From contig JBJHBW010000006.1 of NCBI GenBank assembly GCA_050485685.1, positions 25,073-89,072 of the forward strand: DNA of 64,000 bases, given 5' to 3'. The DNA comes from Gammaproteobacteria bacterium (GTDB lineage Bacteria; Pseudomonadota; Gammaproteobacteria; Steroidobacterales; Rariloculaceae). Below, piece after piece: positions 47,481 to 56,246 of this stretch. Under the pieces are notes generated by a model. That model ran no database searches. It was not told the origin of the DNA and was given only the letters and a program-made list of their open reading frames with translations. Position 1 is the stretch's first letter; the number at the start of each line of letters is the position of its first letter. The translations under genes were made by a program, and so were the position numbers.

Positions 47481-48422
47481 GTGCGCCTTTACAGACACCA
47501 AAGCTCCTTGCGCCGCGCTGGTGAGGACCGTGCAATCGCCGTCGGCGTGTTCGACGGACTGCACGTCGGCCATCGCGCCATCCTGAAGAGCCTGAAGGCC
47601 GAGGCGCAGGTGCTCGAATGCCCGGCCATGGTGTTCTCTTTCGAGCCCATGCCATCGGAATTCTTTGCGCCGGACAATCCTCCGCCCAGGCTCACACGCT
47701 TTCGCGAGCGCTTCGAGCTGCTGCGCGAAGCCGGCGTAGATGAGTTTTTCTGTCCGCACTTCGGTGCCGTGCGAGCGCTGGAGCCGGATGCCTTCATCAG
47801 CGAACTGCTGGTGCATGGACTGCGTGCACGCCATGTGGTGATCGGACACGATTTCCGATTCGGTGCGAACCGGCGCGGCACCATCGAACAGCTGGAAGCG
47901 GCCGGGCGCCAGTACGGATTCGGCATCACCGCGCTGCCGGCGGTGTTTCTGCACGGCCGGCGCGTCAGCAGCACGGCGATCCGCCAGGCGCTGGCGGCCG
48001 GCGATCTGGCGATGGCAAGGCAGATGCTCGGCCGTGACTATGCCATGTCCGGTCGTGTCGTACGCGGGCGCGGACTGGGGCGCGAACTCGGCTTCCCTAC
48101 CGCGAATGTGAACCTGAACCGCCGCCAGACGCCGGTGGACGGCATTTTCGCCGTTCATGTCACCGGGCTGGGTGCGGAGCCTTTGCCGGGGGTCGCCAGC
48201 GTAGGCACGCGGCCCACGGTCGGCGGTGGCGCGCCGCTGCTCGAGGTCTTCCTGTTCGATTTTGACGCCGACATCTACGGCTGCTACATCACCGTGCATT
48301 TCGTACGGCGCCTGCGCGAGGAACGCCATTTCCCGTCCATGCAGGCGCTGCGTGAGCAGATGGCAATCGATGCCGATCAGGCACGGGCGGTCCTGCAGCA
48401 GACCGAGTCCAGGGTTCCCTGA
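47481..48422 (+). CDS. ribF: bifunctional riboflavin kinase / FAD synthetase
   Basis: AIAVGVFDGLHVGHRAIL (nucleotidyltransferase) and the C-terminal kinase GRELGFPTANV...YGCYITVHFVRRLREERHF. GTG start. Confidence 0.92.
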   Translation: MRLYRHQSSLRRAGEDRAIAVGVFDGLHVGHRAILKSLKAEAQVLECPAMVFSFEPMPSEFFAPDNPPPRLTRFRERFELLREAGVDEFFCPHFGAVRALEPDAFISELLVHGLRARHVVIGHDFRFGANRRGTIEQLEAAGRQYGFGITALPAVFLHGRRVSSTAIRQALAAGDLAMARQMLGRDYAMSGRVVRGRGLGRELGFPTANVNLNRRQTPVDGIFAVHVTGLGAEPLPGVASVGTRPTVGGGAPLLEVFLFDFDADIYGCYITVHFVRRLREERHFPSMQALREQMAIDADQARAVLQQTESRVP

Positions 48423-48476
48423 GTCAGGCCATTTCAGGCTGCGTCCTGCCGCCAATTGCAGTAGACTCGCGCCCCA

Positions 48477-48792
48477 ACAGCGACGATGGGGACGAGTAGC
48501 CGGGCCCCGATGAGAGCAGCGAGCGGGAGATGGTGTGAGTCCCGCCTCATGACCCCGGCGAATATCACCCCGGAGCTGCCGACCGAAACGGGATAAGAGG
48601 GGCTGTGCCAGATGCGAACGGCAGCCCGGCGACGCAACGTCAGCACACTGAGCGGCGTTGTCTGAAGATCCCCGAGTAGACTCGGACGGCCGGCCACCGT
48701 GACAGGGCCGCGACTGGCGCTGCCAGTCGGCAAGGTCGACGGCCGCAAGGCCGCGACGAAACCGGGTGGTACCGCGATCCCGATCGCCCCGG
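48477..48792 (+). promoter_or_regulatory. T-box riboswitch leader (Ile specifier AUC) upstream of ileS
   Basis: Stem I (48477-48578) has a K-turn-like base (CAGC-GACGA / GGA-GCUG), GAGUA, an AG-rich bulge, distal loop GAUGGUGUGAG, and specifier loop GAAU-AUC-A (AUC at 48564-48566). Stem III at 48735-48757 has a GCAA tetraloop. Invariant T-box core GGGUGGUACCGCG at 48764-48776. The antiterminator-type fold is CCGGG[UGGUACC bulge]GCGAU-CCCG-AUCGC-CCCGG (48762-48792). Confidence 0.8.
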
Positions 48793-48816
48793 TGTGTGGC
48801 TCGCAAAGCTTAAGGC

Positions 48817-48876
48817 CACGCTTCAGCTGAAGCGTGCGCGGCCTCTCCGGGACGCTTCACTTCTTTCCTGAAGCGT
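48817..48876 (+). promoter_or_regulatory. paired inverted repeats in the ileS leader (possible expression platform)
   Basis: CACGCTTCAG/CTGAAGCGTG (48817-48836) and ACGCTTCA-cttctttcc-TGAAGCGT (48852-48876). The four arms can pair in two mutually exclusive ways. No U tract follows either hairpin. Confidence 0.45.
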
Positions 48877-48951
48877 GCATGACAGGTGCGGCGCGAGGCA
48901 GTGTTGTCCCCGCAGGCCGCGACCGACGGCAGTGGCGAAAGGGATCAGGCA

Positions 48952-51900
48952 ATGTTCGAACAGGTACCGGCACGTTACGACGGCCCCGCGCTGGAGCGCC
49001 GGGTGCTCGACTTCTGGCGTCAGGAAAAAGTCTTTGAACGTATCATCGCGTCCGGAGAGGGCAGGCCGGCCTTCGTGTTCTATGAAGGCCCGCCCACCGC
49101 GAACGGCCGCCCCGGCATACATCATGTGTTGGCACGAACCTTCAAGGATCTGTTTCCGCGCTACAAGACTATGCGCGGCTATCACTGTCCGCGACGCGCC
49201 GGCTGGGATACGCACGGCCTGCCGGTGGAGCACGAGGTCGAAAAGACGCTAGGCATCTACGACAAGAAGCGTATCGAGCAGGAAGTCGGCATCGCCGAGT
49301 TCACGAAGCGCTGCCGTGAGTCGGTGATGCGCTACGTCGCCGACTGGGAGGCGATGACCGAGCGTATGGGCTTCTGGGTGAACTTCGAGGAAGCCTATTT
49401 CACGCTGCACAACGACTACATCGAAAGCGTCTGGTCGCTGCTGAAGACGATCTGGGATCGTGGCCTGATCTACCAGGGCTACAAGGTGGTGCCGTACGAC
49501 CCGCGCATTGGTGCGACGCTGTCGTCACACGAAGTCGCGCTCGGTTACCGGGAAGTCGAGGATCCGTCCGTTTATGTGCGCTTCCGTGTCGCGGGCGAGG
49601 CGAACACCAGCTTTCTGGTGTGGACGACGACGCCGTGGACGCTGCCGTCCAACCTGCTGCTGGCGGTGCACCCGGACGTGGAGTATGCGCGGGTTCGTGT
49701 CGGTGGCGATGCAGATGCGTCCGGTGGTGAGCCCCAGGTGCTGATTCTCGCGCGCGAACTGCTCGGCACCGTGCTCGGCAACCGTGGCGCCGATGTCGAT
49801 GCCACAGCCAGTGCCGGTGCCAGTGTCGACGCCAGTTCCGATACGGCTGATGCCGACGCGGGCGACGGCCATGACAGCGCAGACTACGAAGTCGTGTCCT
49901 TTCACAAGGGCAGCGAACTCGTCGGCATGCGCTACGAACGGCTGTTCGACTGGCTGGATGCCGGCGATGCCGACATCTGCCGTGTGGCCGCCGCGGATTT
50001 CGTGACCATGGATTCGGGCACCGGCATCGTCCACATTGCGCCGGCCTATGGCGAGGACGACCTGAAGGTCGGCAGGCAGAACGGCGTGCCGGTGCTGCAC
50101 GGGGTCGGCGATGACGGTTATTTCCTGCCTGAGGCGAAACCGGTGGCGGGTCTGTTCTTCAAGGAAGCCGATCCCGTCATCACCGCTCTGCTGCGTGAGC
50201 GCGGTCTGCTGTTCCGTGAAGGGAAATATCTTCATAACTATCCTTTCGGCTGGCGTACCGGCGATCCGCTGATCTACTTCGCCAAGCATGCGTGGTACAT
50301 CCGCACCACGGATTATCGCGAGCGCATGGTGGCGCTGAACCGCACCATCAACTGGGTGCCCGAGAACATCCGCGAAGGACGCTTCGGCAACTGGCTGGAG
50401 AACAACATCGACTGGGCACTGTCGCGCGAGCGCTTCTGGGGTACGCCGCTGCCGGTGTGGACGGATGGTGAAGGCGATTTCATCTGCGTGGGCTCTGTTG
50501 CGGAACTGGCCGAAAGGGCCGGACGGGATCTCACCGGACTGGACCTGCATCGTCCGGCCGTTGACGACGTGACTTTCACGCATGAAGGTCGCGAGTATCG
50601 CCGCGTGCCCGAAGTCATCGACTGCTGGTTCGATTCCGGCGCGATGCCGTATGCGCAATCGCACTATCCGTTCGAGAACAGGGAAATCTTCGAACAGAAC
50701 TTTCCGGCCGACTTCATCTGCGAGGCCATCGATCAGACGCGCGGCTGGTTCTATACGCTGCACGCGATCGCGACCATGGTGTCGGATGATGTGGCATACC
50801 GGAACGTGATCTGCCTGAGTCACATCGTCGATCAGGACGGCAAGAAGATGTCGAAGTCGCAGGGGAACATCGTGGACCCCTACGACGTGTTCGATCATGT
50901 CGGTGCCGATGCACTGCGCTGGTACTTCACGGCGCGGGTGGCGCCGGATGTGCAGAAGCGCGTGTCGGTGGACATCATTGCCGACGTTGCGAGCAGCTTC
51001 ATCAACACGTTCTGGAACACGTACGCATTCTTTGTCATGTACGCACGTCTGGACGGATTCGATCCGAAGTACGACGTCGACTGGCGTCGCAGGCCGGAGA
51101 TCGATCGCTGGGTGCTGGCGCTGCTGGACGACACGGTCGAGACCGTGACGGCCGCGCTCGATGCCTACGACGCGCAGACGGCCGGGCAGGCCATCGAGCG
51201 TTTCGTGGACCAGCTCAGCAACTGGTATATCCGTCGCAATCGCCGCCGCTTCTGGAAAGCGGCCAGCGGTGACGACAAGCAGGCGGCTTACCTGACGCTG
51301 CATGAGTGCCTGGATGTGATCCACCGGCTGATGGCGCCGTTCGTGCCGTTCCTGGCCGAGGAAGTGCATCGCAATCTGGTGCGGGGCCTGAATGACCATA
51401 CGCCGGCCAGCGTGCACATGCGCGAATGGCCCGTTGCGTGCGCCGACAGACTGGACCGCAGGCTGCTGGCCGAGACCGAGGTCGTGCAGCGCGTCGTGGG
51501 ACTGGGGCGTTCGGCGCGTAATGCGTCGAAGCTGAAAGTGCGTCAGCCGCTGAAGCGCATACTCGTGCGTGTGCCGAATGCGGCAGCGCAGGATGCGGTG
51601 AGGCGTCACGAAGATCAGATCCTCGAGGAACTGAACGTCAAGGCCGTGGAGCTGATTCCGCCGGACGCAACACTGGTGAGCTATCGCATCAAGCCGAACC
51701 TGCCGGTGGTCGGCAAGCGCTATGGCAAGCTGATTCCGGCGATACGGGAGTTTCTTGCCACTGCCGATGGCGCGGCAATCGCGACCGCGGTCGCGGCCGG
51801 CGAAACGCAGGTGTTCACGATTGCCGGGCAGGCGGTCGAGTTGACGCCCAACGCGCTGCTGGTCGAAACCGCATCGGCGGAAGGGTTCGCGTGTGCAGAG

Positions 51901-52245
51901 GAGGGCGGTTATCTGACCGGGCTCGATACGCATCTGGACGACGAGCTGCGACGTGAGGGTCTTGCTCGCGAGCTGGTACGATCGGTGCAGGAGGCGCGCA
52001 AGCAGGCGGGCCTTGAAGTGTCGGATCGCATCGTGCTGTTCGTCGATGGCGGGGAGCGTGTTCGCGACGCGCTGGAAACCTTCCGCGATTATCTGATGAA
52101 TGAGACCCTGGCGAGCCGGTTCGAGAGGCCGGCGGCGGATGCGTATGAAGTCGAAGGTGGCGAAGGCGACGACCGGTGGCGTATTGCGCTGGCCAGGGAT
52201 GCGGGCGGTGTGAGATCCGATGGCGGTGAATCCGGGCAGGGATGA
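48952..52245 (+). CDS. ileS: isoleucine--tRNA ligase, long type 2 (Thermus/eukaryote-like) form
   Basis: Starts MFEQVPARYDGPALERRVLDFWRQEKVF. Has FYEGPPTANGRPGIHHVLARTFKDLFPRYKTMRGY (HIGH region) and KMSKSQGN, and is about 1097 aa. The upstream in-frame GTG 48886 is rejected by comparison with my recollection of the Thermus N-terminus. Confidence 0.95.
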   Translation: MFEQVPARYDGPALERRVLDFWRQEKVFERIIASGEGRPAFVFYEGPPTANGRPGIHHVLARTFKDLFPRYKTMRGYHCPRRAGWDTHGLPVEHEVEKTLGIYDKKRIEQEVGIAEFTKRCRESVMRYVADWEAMTERMGFWVNFEEAYFTLHNDYIESVWSLLKTIWDRGLIYQGYKVVPYDPRIGATLSSHEVALGYREVEDPSVYVRFRVAGEANTSFLVWTTTPWTLPSNLLLAVHPDVEYARVRVGGDADASGGEPQVLILARELLGTVLGNRGADVDATASAGASVDASSDTADADAGDGHDSADYEVVSFHKGSELVGMRYERLFDWLDAGDADICRVAAADFVTMDSGTGIVHIAPAYGEDDLKVGRQNGVPVLHGVGDDGYFLPEAKPVAGLFFKEADPVITALLRERGLLFREGKYLHNYPFGWRTGDPLIYFAKHAWYIRTTDYRERMVALNRTINWVPENIREGRFGNWLENNIDWALSRERFWGTPLPVWTDGEGDFICVGSVAELAERAGRDLTGLDLHRPAVDDVTFTHEGREYRRVPEVIDCWFDSGAMPYAQSHYPFENREIFEQNFPADFICEAIDQTRGWFYTLHAIATMVSDDVAYRNVICLSHIVDQDGKKMSKSQGNIVDPYDVFDHVGADALRWYFTARVAPDVQKRVSVDIIADVASSFINTFWNTYAFFVMYARLDGFDPKYDVDWRRRPEIDRWVLALLDDTVETVTAALDAYDAQTAGQAIERFVDQLSNWYIRRNRRRFWKAASGDDKQAAYLTLHECLDVIHRLMAPFVPFLAEEVHRNLVRGLNDHTPASVHMREWPVACADRLDRRLLAETEVVQRVVGLGRSARNASKLKVRQPLKRILVRVPNAAAQDAVRRHEDQILEELNVKAVELIPPDATLVSYRIKPNLPVVGKRYGKLIPAIREFLATADGAAIATAVAAGETQVFTIAGQAVELTPNALLVETASAEGFACAEEGGYLTGLDTHLDDELRREGLARELVRSVQEARKQAGLEVSDRIVLFVDGGERVRDALETFRDYLMNETLASRFERPAADAYEVEGGEGDDRWRIALARDAGGVRSDGGESGQG

Positions 52246-52778
52246 AGCGGAGAACGACGATGACTGAACGACAGTGGTTCTCTCTGCGCGCCGGCGCCTC
52301 CAACTGGCTGTGGCTGACGCTGGTTGTGATCGTGCTCGATCAGTGGACCAAGTTCGCGATCATGGCGAACTTCGAGGAATTCGAACGGCTCACGCTGCTG
52401 CCGATGCTTGAGTTCATGCGACTGCATAACGAAGGCGCGGCATTCAGCTTCCTGGCCGATGCCTCCGGCTGGCAACGCTGGCTTTTCACCGGCATCGGTC
52501 TTGCCGTCAGTGTGGCACTGTTCATATGGCTGCGGCTGCTGCCGGCGAAGGGGCAGGGCATACTCGCGGCGGGTCTGGCACTGGTCATGGGCGGCGCGCT
52601 CGGTAATGTCATTGACCGCGTACTGTGGGGTCACGTCGTGGACTTTATCCGCGTGCACTATCAGGATTGGTATTTCCCTGCGTTCAATGTTGCCGACTCG
52701 GCGATCACGATCGGCGCCGGGTTACTGATCCTGGACAGCCTTCTGGAGTTCCGGCGTGGCCGGAAACCGGACAGTTGA
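52242..52778 (+). CDS. lspA: lipoprotein signal peptidase (signal peptidase II)
   Basis: LDQWTK, NEGAAFSF, GGALGNVIDR, FNVADSAI motifs. The ATG overlaps the ileS stop (ATGA). Confidence 0.9.
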   Translation: MKRRTTMTERQWFSLRAGASNWLWLTLVVIVLDQWTKFAIMANFEEFERLTLLPMLEFMRLHNEGAAFSFLADASGWQRWLFTGIGLAVSVALFIWLRLLPAKGQGILAAGLALVMGGALGNVIDRVLWGHVVDFIRVHYQDWYFPAFNVADSAITIGAGLLILDSLLEFRRGRKPDS

Positions 52779-52837
52779 CAGCCTCTGCGGAAGATTCTGC
52801 ATCGATGTGCTGGGGTGGTTGCGAAAGCGTTGGCAGG

Positions 52838-53599
52838 TTACAGGCTGACGTCCAGCAACAGAGCGGCCCCCGATAGCAGCAGGATCACGATCAGCAGCCA
52901 GCGCAGGAACTCCGCGCCCCGAGTGACCGCCATGTGCACGGCGACCCAGGCGCCGGCCGCCTGGCCGCTGGCAAGCAGCAGGCCGAGGCTCCAGACCACC
53001 TGGTCATGGACCATGAACACGATCAGCGATGCGGCGCCGAGCAGCAGTACGATGACGTTCTTCAGGACGTTGGCACCGAGCAGGTTGTAGCCGGCGCCTA
53101 GCACCAGCGCGGCGAGCAGGAAGATGCCGACACCCGCCTGAATGAAGCCGCCGTATATGCCAAGCCCGAAGAAGATCAGCGCGTGCCACCAGCGATAGCC
53201 GTCGGCGTTGTCGGCATGCGCTTCTATCCAGCGGCGTGGTTTCAGCAGTACGACGAACAGCATGATCAGCATCAGCGCGCCAATGGTCCGGCGCAGCAGT
53301 TCTTCGTCCAGATCAGCGGCGAGCTGAGCGCCGATCACCGAGCCGATCACGGCTGGCAGGAGAATCTTCGCCGTGCCGTGCAGGCGCAGTACGCCGCGTC
53401 GGCGAAACGCGGCAATCGCGACGATGTTCTGCACAACGACGCCGACGCGGTTGGTGGCGTTGGCTTCGTTGGCCGGCAGTCCGAACAGAATCAGCAGTGG
53501 CAGCGTGATCAGCGATCCGCTACCTGCCAGTGTGTTGATGAAGCCGGCGACGAACCCGAGCAGCGGTGCGGCGATCAGCAAAAGCAGGTTGTGATCCAC
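52838..53599 (-). CDS. sulfite exporter TauE/SafE family protein
   Basis: GFINTLAGSGSLITLPLLILFGLPANEANATNRV and a repeated half with about 8 TM helices. Confidence 0.8.
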   Translation of the reverse strand: MDHNLLLLIAAPLLGFVAGFINTLAGSGSLITLPLLILFGLPANEANATNRVGVVVQNIVAIAAFRRRGVLRLHGTAKILLPAVIGSVIGAQLAADLDEELLRRTIGALMLIMLFVVLLKPRRWIEAHADNADGYRWWHALIFFGLGIYGGFIQAGVGIFLLAALVLGAGYNLLGANVLKNVIVLLLGAASLIVFMVHDQVVWSLGLLLASGQAAGAWVAVHMAVTRGAEFLRWLLIVILLLSGAALLLDVSL

Positions 53600-53731
53600 T
53601 ATGTCGGGTGCCCGGTTGAGTCAGCGAAGCGGATGGCAAGGTCATGTCCGGCCAGTGACAGACGCACGCATGGCCGCTCGAAGCCTTCACAGGAGCCGCA
53701 GGTACTGCGGCGAAAGTATACCGGAACCGGG

Positions 53732-54145
53732 CTACCAGCAGCGGTCGTGCGGATCGGGCGTTGCTTCCTTCAGTCCCTGCGCGTTGATCGTGAATTGCTC
53801 GCACTCCCTGTCGGACTGCATCCGTGCGGTGACGGTCGCGCGTGCGGTGAAAGTGCTGTGGTTGGCCCCTGCATCAACGCTCAGCCGATAGCGTCCGCTG
53901 TCGGTCAGCACGCCGGATGCGGCCGGGTAGCCGAGGTTACGAAGGTCGCTGGTGTAGCGGTTGCCGTTGAGCAGATAAAAGCGCTCCTGATCCGCATGGA
54001 TTCTCAGCAGGGCAATGCGTGCCTCGTTGCGATGAGCGCGCAACGTGTAATCACGATACGACGGCACCGCCACCATGGTCAGGATGCCGACAAGCGCCAC
54101 GACGATCAGCAATTCGATCAGCGTCATGCCTCGAACTGGAGTCAT
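53732..54145 (-). CDS. pilE: type IV pilin-like protein PilE
   Basis: Prepilin leader MTPVRG / MTLIELLIVVALVGILTMVAVPSY with Glu+5. C-terminal Cys pair. The start overlaps the pilX stop (ATGA). Confidence 0.8.
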   Translation of the reverse strand: MTPVRGMTLIELLIVVALVGILTMVAVPSYRDYTLRAHRNEARIALLRIHADQERFYLLNGNRYTSDLRNLGYPAASGVLTDSGRYRLSVDAGANHSTFTARATVTARMQSDRECEQFTINAQGLKEATPDPHDRCW

Positions 54146-54699
54146 TGGTCCAGAACCTGCGCCCAACCGGTACGTATCGGTGGCTGGTCAGAGTTGAAGG
54201 TTAAGCAGGAGAGGTCGCTGCAGTCATCGATCGCGGCGGCACAGGCGTCGTCGAGACATGGGGACTGCGATTCGAGGTCGGAGACAAGGGCGTAGAAACC
54301 CTGCACGTGTGTGGCGCGCGCATCGCGGGGCGCGGTTGCCGTAGCGTGCATCTCGAAATGCACCGCCCTGATATCGGCAGTGTGCGCCGGCGCGTCCTCT
54401 GCGGCCGGAGGAGGCAGAGTGATCGCCTTCAGCGCTACGGTGACGATGAACGTACTGCCGTCATCACGCGTACCTGACATCGGGCCGGGCGTGACGCGCC
54501 CGTCCAGCCTTATCGCGGCTGCCATGGTCTCGATGCCTGCCTCGGCGGCGTCGAAGGCCTGTTGTCGTAAGCGTTGACTGTCCGTCAGCATCAGTTCCAG
54601 GCGCGCCGTTTTCATGCCGGCGGAGGCCAGTATCGACAGGACTGCCAGGACGACGAGACTGGTGACCAGTGCGGCGCCATGCTGATGGAATCGCATCAT
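54142..54699 (-). CDS. pilX: type IV pilus minor pilin PilX-like
   Basis: PilX_N-like hydrophobic N-terminus (GAALVTSLVVLAVLSILASAGMKTARLE). The start abuts the pilW stop. Confidence 0.65.
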   Translation of the reverse strand: MMRFHQHGAALVTSLVVLAVLSILASAGMKTARLELMLTDSQRLRQQAFDAAEAGIETMAAAIRLDGRVTPGPMSGTRDDGSTFIVTVALKAITLPPPAAEDAPAHTADIRAVHFEMHATATAPRDARATHVQGFYALVSDLESQSPCLDDACAAAIDDCSDLSCLTFNSDQPPIRTGWAQVLDQ

Positions 54700-55691
54700 G
54701 GCCGTACCATGTTTCTCATCGCGACCGTCCGCGATGCTACGAGCCGACGGTAGCCATCGTTCGGCGGCAGAAAATCGGCATCCGCGTAGCGATAGCGTGT
54801 CGCGTCGTGATAGCCGGGCTCGGGGCGCTCTGACCGGACGCGAATCCATACTCTGGCCGCAAGAATCTGTACCCACGCAGCCGCGCTGTTCGACGGATCA
54901 AGAACGGGATGGTCCGGATGCACGTAGCGATTGATGACGCCGTGGCCGTCAGCGCCGGGCGCATCGGTATCCACGCCGAACATCACCTGCAGGTCTTCGA
55001 CACCGGGCAGCACCTCCTGATCGACAATGCGTGGACCGGATGCGCCGCCCTGCAAGATTTTCATGCGCAGGGAAGGTATCTCGAAGTCGCCGCCTGTCAG
55101 CGTGGACGTCGGGCTGACGTAAAAGGCGCGGACCGAGATCGGGTGAATCTGCGTCTCATTCGCCGATACGGATGGGGGCAGTGCAGTGCCCTCGAACACG
55201 ATCGGCGAAGCGAACGGTGCAGTGGCGACATAGAGCGTGCCGGCTGTACGGTTTGTGACCGGCAGCGAATCCGCCCGGCGTATGACGATCGTGTCGGACT
55301 CGGTCGGCTGACGATTCCGGTACGGTGCGCAGCCGAGGTCATAACGGTTGTTCGAGGCTTCCAGACTGCGATGCAACGACAGGGTCCAGTCCTCGCCACA
55401 GTCATTGCCAACGGCGAGCCCGGTCGGTTCGATAATCGGCGCCATCATTGTCTGGTCCGCAGCGAATACGGCGGTCGACAGTCCCAGATAGCCGCTCAAC
55501 CGCAAGTCAGCTTCCAGTGCATCCAGTGCAAACCGGGCGTTTTCCTGCAGGCGGGCGACGGCCTCATTGACGGAGTAGAGGCTGCGTACGTGCTCCAGCA
55601 GCCTGAAGCTGCCAAGGATCAGCAGAGAGCCGATGGCCAGTGCCACGACAAGCTCGAGAAGCGAGTAGCCGCTGTCGATCGCGCATCGCAT
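54696..55691 (-). CDS. pilW: type IV pilus minor pilin PilW
   Basis: G/YSLLELVVALAIGSLLILG prepilin-type N-terminus, about 330 aa, operon position. Confidence 0.75.
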   Translation of the reverse strand: MRCAIDSGYSLLELVVALAIGSLLILGSFRLLEHVRSLYSVNEAVARLQENARFALDALEADLRLSGYLGLSTAVFAADQTMMAPIIEPTGLAVGNDCGEDWTLSLHRSLEASNNRYDLGCAPYRNRQPTESDTIVIRRADSLPVTNRTAGTLYVATAPFASPIVFEGTALPPSVSANETQIHPISVRAFYVSPTSTLTGGDFEIPSLRMKILQGGASGPRIVDQEVLPGVEDLQVMFGVDTDAPGADGHGVINRYVHPDHPVLDPSNSAAAWVQILAARVWIRVRSERPEPGYHDATRYRYADADFLPPNDGYRRLVASRTVAMRNMVRP

Positions 55692-55694
55692 GGG

Positions 55695-56246
55695 CTACCG
55701 TTCCGCGATTCGCAGCTGTGCGTCGTAGCGCATCAGATCGTTGCCGCCCGTACCGGGTTCGTGCCAGGTCACCGTGACGGCGACAGCGGATGTGGCTGAT
55801 GCGTCAGCAGTTTCAACCGTGCCGATACCACCCGGCAGCGCAGCAGTCACCGTAATACCCCAGTCGAACAGGTCCTGTGCTGCGCGTTCGTGCGCGGTGC
55901 AGGGGGCCGTGAACGCGCGCGTGTCGCAATTGTGGTCCGCGGCTGCGTCGTTGTAAGCGGCCAATCCATCGCGGTTGACCCGCATGCGTTCGCTGATGTC
56001 GCTGACAAGGTCCAGCGCGTGGGTGCGTGCGATGGTCGTGCGTGTCATCAGCAAGGTATGAACTGACAGGGCGGCAATGCCGGTCATGCCGATCGACATG
56101 ATCAGCAGCGAAACCAGCACTTCAAGCAGCGTGAATCCGGCGGCGTCGGACGAGAGCGAGGGCTCGGCTGCACGACGCGACTTGCACACAGTCAAGGTGC
56201 GGTGCCGGACTGCTGAGACATTCTTCACGGCTGCAGATCCGGACAT
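55695..56246 (-). CDS. pilV: type IV pilus minor pilin PilV
   Basis: G/FTLLEVLVSLLIMSIGMTG N-terminal methylation motif. Start uncertain (ATG 56246, TTG 56195 or GTG 56189). Confidence 0.75.
   Translation of the reverse strand: MSGSAAVKNVSAVRHRTLTVCKSRRAAEPSLSSDAAGFTLLEVLVSLLIMSIGMTGIAALSVHTLLMTRTTIARTHALDLVSDISERMRVNRDGLAAYNDAAADHNCDTRAFTAPCTAHERAAQDLFDWGITVTAALPGGIGTVETADASATSAVAVTVTWHEPGTGGNDLMRYDAQLRIAER

Noticed and set aside
48560-48566. Reading the T-box specifier as UAU (Tyr) directly after the GAA of the specifier loop
   Set aside because: UAU would be followed by C rather than the conserved purine, and the downstream gene is ileS. AUC followed by A, one nucleotide further on, fits both rules. 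A covariance-model alignment should confirm the register.
47103-48806. 567-aa minus-strand ORF spanning ribF and the ribF-ileS spacer
   Set aside because: It is antisense to ribF, which has clear motifs, and to the T-box leader. The composition is Arg/Pro/Ala junk. The spacer is better explained as structured RNA.
49525-51933. 802-aa ORF on the minus strand
   Set aside because: It is entirely antisense to the strongly supported ileS CDS. The translation is Arg/His/Gln/Pro-rich with no motifs. This is a typical high-GC antisense open frame.
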